A DNA stretch of 6,039 nt from Octopus sinensis (taxonomy: Eukaryota): NCBI RefSeq assembly GCF_006345805.1, contig NW_021829483.1:1-6039 (forward strand), written 5' to 3'. The first letter of the stretch is position 1, and each line of letters begins with the position of its first letter. The notes under the pieces are model-generated. The model saw only the letters and a list, made by a program, of their open reading frames with translations, did not search any database and was not told the DNA's origin. Made by a program: the position numbers and the translations under genes. Of this stretch, positions 1-5,731 are shown one piece after another.

Positions 1-600
1 CGACACCACCACCACCACCACCACCTCCACCACCACCACCACCATCACCACCTTCGCCGCCGCCATCACCGCCGCCATCACCGCCGCCATCACCGCCGTC
101 ATCGCCGCCGCCGCCGCCATCACCGCCGTCATCGCCGCCGCCGCCGTCTCCACCGTCGCCGCCGCCGCCGCCGCCGCCGCCACCGACTCTACCAACTCGA
201 CGACGACGATGGCCATCACCAACAAAACGACTGGCGCTAATACTACCACGTTAACCAACCTATATCACCAACATCAAATTCAACAGCGCCACCATCACCA
301 TCACAAACACTACCTTCGCCATCACCACCACCATACACCACTACCACCACCACCACCACTCCATCATCACCATCACCATCACCATCACCACACCACCACC
401 AGCTTCGCTACCGCTACAACCACCGGTGCCGCCACCACCACCACCATCACTCCCCCACCACCACCAACAACAAAAACAACAATAGCAACAACAACGCGCC
501 AAGATTTCACACAACCGCCACCATTACAAGCACCACCAATCTTAAAAGCAGCACTAACCTTTCCATTATGAACATCACTAGCAATAACAACAATAACCGT
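1..600. repeat. Degenerate trinucleotide low-complexity tract (CAC/CCA, then CCG, then CAC/CAT, then CAA)
   Basis: Direct reading. Includes 12-bp units GCCGCCATCACC at 59-70, 71-82 and 83-94, and a ~26-30 bp direct repeat at 91-120 / 121-146. Confidence 0.95.
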
Positions 601-693
601 GGAGGCGCAACAGCCCCGTGGTTAGGGCAGCGGACTCGCGGTCGTAAGAACGCATGTTTCGATTCCCAGACCGGCCATTGTGAGTGTTTATTG
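601..693 (+). mobile_element. tRNA-derived SINE head (family 'C' here), body missing
   Basis: GGAGGCGCAACAGCCCCGTGGTTAG has a degenerate A box (611-621). GTTTCGATTCCC (656-667) is a B box at tRNA-like spacing. No complete cloverleaf. Resembles an octopus SINE 5' end from memory (unverified). Confidence 0.7.
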
Positions 694-696
694 CTC

Positions 697-838
697 CGGT
701 ATGAGCACACAAACCAGAGAAGGTGGTCCTAGAAAATCAGACCGTGAAGTTCTTGTGAGACTTTTTAATGAAGACAGATAGAGTTATTGCAGATAACAAG
801 GCCGGACAAAACTTTGGTGGAGAAAGCTTCAGTAAGGG
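697..838 (+). mobile_element. Decayed fragment of an R4/Dong-type non-LTR retrotransposon ORF: N-terminal half of the restriction-like endonuclease (PD-(D/E)xK) region
   Basis: Translation across two frameshifts and one TGG>TGA stop (756-758): RYEH / KPEKVVLENQTVKFL*DFLMKTDRVI / QITRPDKTLVEKASVR. This matches the family pattern WYxHxPxxVxENxxxKxLWDxxxxTDxxIxxxRPDIxxVDK. Confidence 0.75.
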
Positions 839-988
839 TCTCCCCGTCACTTAGCGGTTCGGCAAAAGAGACCGATAGAATAAGTACTGGGCTTACAAAG
901 AATAAGTCCCGGGGTCGATTTGCTCGACTAAAGGCGGTGCTCCAGCATGGCCGCAGTCAAATGACTGAAACAAGTAAAAGAGTAAAAG
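839..988 (+). mobile_element. 5'-truncated SINE (family 'A') with (GTAAAAGA)n tail, flanked by 8-bp TSD AGTAAGGG
   Basis: 841-988 aligns without gaps to the reverse complement of 5732-5879 (11 mismatches in 148 nt, hand-counted). AGTAAGGG occurs at 831-838 and 989-996. Confidence 0.85.
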
Positions 989-1001
989 AGTAAGGGGATG
1001 T

Positions 1002-1082
1002 AATGCTATGATGGACCGTGAAGTCTGGCGTAACATAGTAAATTCCATTGTCTCGACCACGGTCGAACAATGATGATGAATG
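1002..1082 (+). mobile_element. Extreme 3' end of an RTE-clade LINE with (TGA)n tail, flanked by 10-bp TSD AAGGGGATGT
   Basis: 1002-1073 translates NAMMDREVWRNIVNSIVSTTVEQ*, containing the DRxxWR motif typical of the RTE ORF C-terminus. The stop runs into TGATGATGAATGA. AAGGGGATGT occurs at 992-1001 and 1083-1092. Confidence 0.8.
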
Positions 1083-1092
1083 AAGGGGATGT

Positions 1093-1110
1093 TTGTTGAT
1101 TGATTTTTGT
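1093..1110 (+). mobile_element. Continuation of the R4/Dong endonuclease fragment (LLIDFC; second catalytic Asp at 1102-1104)
   Basis: Removing both insertions plus one TSD copy each gives in-frame RPDKTLVEKASVRGCLLIDF, matching the family pattern RPDIxxVDKxxxxCxxID. Confidence 0.55.
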
Positions 1111-1283
1111 TGATTTTTACCCTATCCGCGGGTGCCTCGGGAAAAAAATAAGTCGACAAAACCCAGACAGGGTGTTGAAAAATGTCCTCCTAAAATTTGA
1201 GCGACATGCGTGCTAATTTGTGGATGTGCATAGATTACAATCACGTACACACACACACGCACACACATCCTCCCTTTTATAGA
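1111..1283 (-). mobile_element. Possible 5' fragment of a non-autonomous Helitron/HINE-like element
   Basis: The minus strand reads A|TCTATAAAAGGGAGGATGTGTGTGCGTGTGTGTGTG...CTCAAATTTTAGG: a TC start after A, then TATAAAA, an internal (TG)n and an AAATTT motif, as in Lep1-like animal Helitrons. No CTRR 3' end is visible. Confidence 0.35.
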
Positions 1284-1285
1284 TA

Positions 1286-1308
1286 TAATAATAATAATAA
1301 TAATGATG

Positions 1309-1375
<67 letters not shown>
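1286..1375. repeat. (AAT)n microsatellite, ~30 units, with GAT variants
   Basis: Direct reading. Confidence 0.98.
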
Positions 1376-1378
<3 letters not shown>

Positions 1379-1838
1379 GATGAGCTACAGCAAATATTCT
1401 GCTCAGTACCACAGATTTGCTTGTCAGTTGTTTGACCTTAACCAGTTGAGCATGTCCCTTAGTGGCTGACGATATGTGTATCTCTGATCACGAGCAAGTA
1501 GTGGGGGAGCATCATAGCCATGTGTTGAGAGGGATTCTTTGGGGTTTGAATAATTCACCTCTTGAACATGGGTGGTTCTTTCAACAATCCTTAAACAACC
1601 ATTATTCAGGACCTTTTGAGCGGGATGGGCTACTCAACCTGAAGAAAATTCTAACTGGGCCCCACCTGCAAGGTCATGTGCTGTTTATCTTGATATGAGA
1701 TCACCATGTCGCGCGCACATATGGTTGTGATGCATGTGCCTGGTGTACCTTTATCAGACGGGTAGTCATGATGGGTATATTGGGCTTCGTATATTTTACC
1801 CCAGTGTCACTTTGATGGCATGCACTGCTCTCTTACTC
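1376..1838 (+). mobile_element. Unassigned interspersed element between two (AAT)n tracts; probably a 5'-truncated 3' end of a non-LTR retroelement with an (AAT)n tail
   Basis: 463 bp of complex, compositionally balanced sequence with sharp edges inside same-strand (AAT)n. It ends GCACTGCTCTCTTACTC|AATAAT with a potential hairpin (CAGTG 1802-1806 / CACTG 1823-1827). I recall it as a high-copy octopus repeat (unverified). Orientation is inferred. Confidence 0.55.
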
Positions 1839-1894
<56 letters not shown>

Positions 1895-1920
1895 TGATAA
1901 TGATAATAATAATAATGATG

Positions 1921-1985
<65 letters not shown>

Positions 1986-1995
1986 TAATAATAAT
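1839..1995. repeat. (AAT)n microsatellite with GAT interruptions
   Basis: Direct reading. Confidence 0.98.
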
Positions 1996-1996
1996 T

Positions 1997-2134
1997 TTTG
2001 CCACAACAGGCGCTTGGGGTAGGTGGGGATGAGTGGATTATATCGACCCCAATGTTCTAGTGGTACTTATTTTATCAACCCCGAAAGGATGAAAGGCAAA
2101 GTCGACCTCGGTGGAATCTGAACTCAGAACGTAG
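1997..2134 (-). mobile_element. 5'-truncated, diverged SINE family 'B' copy with the alternative C-rich tail
   Basis: The reverse complement CTACGTTCTGAGTTCAGATTCCACCGAGGTCGACTTTGCCTTTCATCCTTTCGGGG matches the copies at 4947-5633. Its tail resembles 4680-4725 rather than the tail of the younger copies. Confidence 0.85.
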
Positions 2135-2136
2135 AA

Positions 2137-2219
2137 CCCGAGGCTATAGTAGAAGACACTTGCCCGAGGTGCTACGCAGTGGGAAGAACCCGGAACCATG
2201 TGGTCGGTAAACAAGCTAC
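2137..2219 (-). mobile_element. Internal head fragment of SINE family 'A' (B box plus CORE-like segment, no A box)
   Basis: Begins CCCGAGGCTAT, identical to 6029-6039 where the family A copy leaves the window. The minus strand has a B-box-like GGGTTCTTCCC and CCTCGGGCAAGT, similar to the CCTTGGGCAAGT start of the CORE-SINE domain. Confidence 0.7.
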
Positions 2220-2436
2220 CCACAAGGGGCTAAACACAGAGAAGGCAAACAAGGACAGACAAACGGATTAAGTCGATTATATCGACCCCAGTGCGTAACT
2301 GATACTTATCTAATCGACCCCGAAAGGATGAAAGGCAAAGCCGACCTCGGCAGAATTTGAACTCAGAACGTAGCGGCAGACGAAATACCGCTAAGTATTT
2401 CGCCCGGCGTGCTTACGTTTCTGCCAGCTCGCCACC
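2216..2436 (-). mobile_element. Near full-length tRNA-derived SINE, family 'B'
   Basis: The reverse complement aligns without gaps to 5352-5572 (22 mismatches in 221 nt, hand-counted). Confidence 0.92.
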
Positions 2437-2438
2437 TC

Positions 2439-2526
2439 AATAATAATGATGATGATGATGATGATAATAATAATAGTAATAATGATAATAATAATAATAA
2501 TAATAATGATGATGATAATAATAATA

Positions 2527-2623
<97 letters not shown>
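2439..2623. repeat. (AAT)n/(GAT)n microsatellite
   Basis: Direct reading. Confidence 0.98.
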
Positions 2624-2854
2624 CGATTCGCATTGTTTTCCTTTTGCTACATACTTGAATATTCTTTGTCTTTCTTAATGTTCTGACTCTACATAACTAA
2701 TTATAGAGAATGATACACGTGCGCGCGCACACATATCTTTATCTCGTTGTCTCTGTCTTTATTTAGTCGTTTGATTGTTTCTCTGTCCCTCGCTACAAAT
2801 ACATGTACGTTTGCATTTATGTGTAAATTCATGCAAACATACATGTGTGCATAC

Positions 2855-3219
2855 ATGTATGTATGTATGTATGTATGTACGTATGTATGTATGATGTATG
2901 TATGTATGTATGTATGTATGTAGTATGATGTATGCATGTATGTATGTTATGATGTTCGGATGTATGCATGCATGTAGTATGTGTGTATGTTTGTATGTAT
3001 GTATGCATGGTATGCATGCATGTATGTATGTATGTATGTATGTATGAATGTATGTATGTAATGTATGTATGTATGTATGTTGTATGTATGTTGTTGTATG
3101 TATGTATGCATGTATGCATGCATGTATGTATGTATGTATGTATGTATGAATGTATGTATGTATGTATGTATGCATGCATGTATGTATGTATGTATGTATG
3201 CATGTATGTATGTATGTAT
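2855..3219. repeat. Degenerate (TATG)n microsatellite with CATG variants
   Basis: Direct reading. Confidence 0.96.
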
Positions 3220-3391
3220 CCACACACACATACATACGTACATATATACATATACATACAAACATATATATATATATATGTATAAATATATACATACGTG
3301 TGTGTATATATTTATATATATGTGTACGCATACATATATGCATTTGTATACATAAATATATAAATATATGTTAATACACACACATACATAT

Positions 3392-3424
<33 letters not shown>

Positions 3425-3540
3425 TATATATATTATGTATATATACATTTATATATACCTACATACATACATACATACATAATACACACCATATATATAT
3501 ATATATATATATATATATCTATATATATATATATATATAT
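3220..3540. repeat. Compound (CA)n/(CATA)n/(TA)n microsatellite, opposite polarity to the flanking (TATG)n
   Basis: Direct reading; CATA is the reverse complement of TATG. Confidence 0.95.
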
Positions 3541-3580
3541 ATGTAATGTATGTATGTATGTATGTAATGTATGTATGTAT
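3541..3580. repeat. (TATG)n microsatellite
   Basis: Direct reading. Confidence 0.93.
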
Positions 3581-3594
3581 TATAAAGATTGGGC

Positions 3595-3655
3595 AAGAGA
3601 GAAGAGGAAGAGAGGGAGAGAGGGGAAGAGAGAGAGAGAGAGAAAGAGAGAGAGG
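3595..3655. repeat. 61-nt pure purine (GA)-rich tract
   Basis: No pyrimidine on the + strand from 3595 to 3655. Confidence 0.95.
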
Positions 3656-4523
3656 TAATGAGAAAGACAATTGACGTACACGCAGATAAACACATATACG
3701 CACTTATGTAAATATATAGTGAAGAGCGAGGGGTGGGGAGAAGAGAGAGGAGAAAAATATAAAATCGGAAAAAAGAAGAAAAAGAGGTCGAAAATAAAAA
3801 GAAGCAAGAGATAGCTGATGAATGGTACGGTAAAAGCATGACTATAAGCTGTAGTGTATAATAGCAAATATAATAGGTAAGATAACAGTTGAATTTATTC
3901 TTCACAACAGGAAGTGCTATCTTTAATTTCCGTTCGCTGAAAAATGTTTTCTTACACAAACGCCATCTTTAAATTTTATTAATTTTTCCAATATTTCATC
4001 ATCTTACCCTACCCTATTCATTACATTTGTATTTTTACTTGCATTAAAATTCTAAAATTTCTCATTCTTTTCATATTTTTCGAAACAAATAATAGATAAA
4101 TTGAACGGAAAGTTGGATAAATCGTAATGTTCAAATGAATTTTAAGTGAGAAAAGAAGACTTGTAACTCTCGTAACAGTTGTTATGTTATCAGAGTCACG
4201 AACGTTTGATTGTGAAAATTCAAACAACATGATGCATGAAATCTTTCGTTATTGGGGCTTATTGCAAGTGTTTTGTGCTTTTGTTTTGACTAGACATGAT
4301 ATAAAATAGTGGTTTTTACAAACCTGTGTGTGTCTGGAAACCGCCATTCATAGTTTAACAACAACTTCGGCTGTTGTTGTTTTGTTTTCAATGGTATACT
4401 CACAACTTCTGTCATTTCGTATTTCACATGAGAAAAACCGTTAAAACCTTTTTATTAATGGAGGAAGACGGAGTGCTATTGTTGAATAAAACAATATTCA
4501 TAATTATTATCATTATAGGAATA

Positions 4524-4733
4524 AGTGGTGAGCTGGTAGAAAGGTTAGTGCGTCGAATAAAATGTTTAGCAGTAACTTTTTCGGCTTTACGTCCTAGTTT
4601 AAATATCGCCGAAGTTGATTTTGGTTTTTGTCCTTTTAGGGTCGATAAATTAAGTACCAGTTGTGCAATGGGGTTGATGTAATCGATTTCTCCCTTCCCC
4701 AAAATCATAAGCCCTGTGCCAATAGTAGAAAGA
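4524..4733 (+). mobile_element. SINE family 'B' copy 1: old, diverged, full-length, C-rich tail
   Basis: The head AGTGGTGAGCTGGTAGAAAGGTTAG and core AGGGTCGATAAATTAAGTACCAG align with 5352-5583. Confidence 0.85.
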
Positions 4734-4743
4734 GTTATGTAAA

Positions 4744-4945
4744 GGTGGGAGGCTGCTAAAATAGTTAGCAATATTTCCCCCGCCTCTCTACGTAGGAATG
4801 AAATTCCGCTGAGGTCAACTTTACCTTTCATCCTTTCCGGGTCGATAAAATAAGTACCAGTCCTACACTGGGTGGTGAGATTGAGCTAATCAACGAGCGT
4901 CTCCTCAACTCAAAATTTCAAGCCTTCTGGCAAATTGTGAAAGAA
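4744..4945 (+). mobile_element. SINE family 'B' copy 2: old, diverged, lacking a 21-nt head segment
   Basis: The core AAATTCCGCTGAGGTCAACTTTACCTTTCATCCTTTCCGGGTCGATAAAATAAGTACCAG (4801-4860) is clear. Boundaries are approximate. Confidence 0.75.
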
Positions 4946-4946
4946 T

Positions 4947-5160
4947 CAGAATCGCTAGCATGCCCGGTGAAATGCTTAGCAGTGCTTCGTCTGCCGCTAC
5001 GTTCTGAATTCATATTCCGCCGAGGTCGACTTTGCCTTTCATCCTTTCGATAAATTAAGTACCAGTTTCGCACTGGGGTCGATGTAATCGACTTAATCCC
5101 TTTTGACTGTCCTTGTTTGTCCACTCTGTGTTTAGCCCCTTGTGGGTAGTAAAGAAACAG
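4947..5160 (+). mobile_element. SINE family 'B' copy 3 (first ~13 nt missing; 6-bp deletion at a TCG microhomology near 5049)
   Basis: Direct alignment to 5365-5583. Confidence 0.92.
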
Positions 5161-5340
5161 ATATTTCGTCTGCAGTTACGTTCTGAGACCAAATTCCGCC
5201 GAGGTCGACTTTGCCTTTCATCCTTTCGGGGTCGATAAATTAAGTACCAGTTTCGCACTGGGGTCGATGTAATCGACTTAATCCCTTTGTCTGTCCTTGT
5301 TTGTCTTTGTGTTTAGCCCCTTGTGGGTAGTCAAGAAATA
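5161..5340 (+). mobile_element. SINE family 'B' copy 4, starting at monomer nt ~49, fused to the tail of copy 3
   Basis: Direct alignment to 5400-5582. Confidence 0.92.
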
Positions 5341-5351
5341 TAAGAGAAGAA

Positions 5352-5583
5352 GGCGGCGAGCTGGCAGAAACGTTAGCACGCCGGGCGAAATGCTTAGCGG
5401 CATTTCATCTGCCGCTACGTTCTGAGTTCAAATTCCGCCGAGGTCGACTTTGCCTTTCATCCTTTCGGGGTCGATAAATTAAGTACCAGTTACGCACTGG
5501 GGTCAATGTAATCGACTCAATCCCTTTGTCTGTCCTTGTTTGTACACTTTATGTTTAGCCCCTTGTGAGTAGTAAAGGAATAG
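5352..5583 (+). mobile_element. SINE family 'B' copy 5: full-length, tRNA-Arg(UCG)-like head with a Nin/Deu-like central domain
   Basis: GGCGG (5352-5356) / CCGCC (5435-5439) acceptor-like ends; A-box-like TGGCAGAAACG; stem GCGGCA/TGCCGC around a 7-nt loop (TTTCGTC in most copies, i.e. TCG); B box GAGTTCAAATTCC. The central GGTCGACTTTGCCTTTCATCCTTTCGGGGTCGATAAATTAAGTACCAG resembles the Nin/Deu SINE domain (from memory). Octopus tRNA-Arg-derived OR families are described, but I cannot assign the exact family. Confidence 0.93.
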
Positions 5584-5633
5584 GTATTTCGTCTGCTGCT
5601 ACGTTCTGAATTCAAATTCCGCCGAGGTCGACT
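5584..5633 (+). mobile_element. SINE family 'B' copy 6: 50-bp fragment starting at monomer nt ~49, fused to the tail of copy 5
   Basis: GTATTTCGTCTGCTGCTACGTTCTGAATTCAAATTCCGCCGAGGTCGACT aligns to 5400-5449. Confidence 0.9.
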
Positions 5634-5731
5634 GCAGCACCTACTATTTCCACTCGATATTATCGATAACATTCAATATAATGGGTCATTTCTTCTTTAA
5701 TTCTTTCTTTATACTTGTACATTATGTAATC

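Noticed and set aside
2-571. ORF 209..571 (open from base 2) and an extensin/formin-like SPPP reading in frame 3
   Set aside because: C-rich trinucleotide repeats lack stop codons by construction. There is no non-repetitive domain and no splice evidence.
1462-1698. 78-aa ORF inside the unassigned element
   Set aside because: Short, no recognisable motif; consistent with chance.
2391-3703. Many long ORFs (poly-N/I/Y, YIHT and MYVC repeats), also those over the (AAT)n tracts at 1122-1985
   Set aside because: Translations of (AAT)n, (TATG)n and (TA)n microsatellites.
3894-3960. Pyrimidine-rich ...CACAACAG possible + strand splice acceptor at 3910
   Set aside because: All three frames close within ~60 nt and no convincing donor follows.
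4404-4447. Candidate minus-strand micro-exon (G)FNGFSHVKYEMTEV ending in a GTGAGT donor (4398-4403)
   Set aside because: The acceptor is weak (AATAAAAAG), GTGAGT is expected a few times by chance in 6 kb, and the peptide is not recognisable. Spliced RNA-seq reads would be needed.
4374-5258. ORFs 4374..4682, 4424..4831, 4918..5124 and 5055..5258
   Set aside because: They run largely through SINE B copies; the shared peptide WYLIY...KDERQSRPRRN is the antisense translation of the SINE core.
5352-5439. tRNA-like fold with TCA in the anticodon position (SeC/opal-suppressor-like)
   Set aside because: Other copies have TCG, so this is CpG decay in a SINE. The T-stem cannot pair and the D region is duplicated.
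4947-5633. Regularly recurring repeats resembling a CRISPR array
   Set aside because: Units are ~180-230 bp SINE monomers without unique spacers, in a eukaryotic context with no cas genes.
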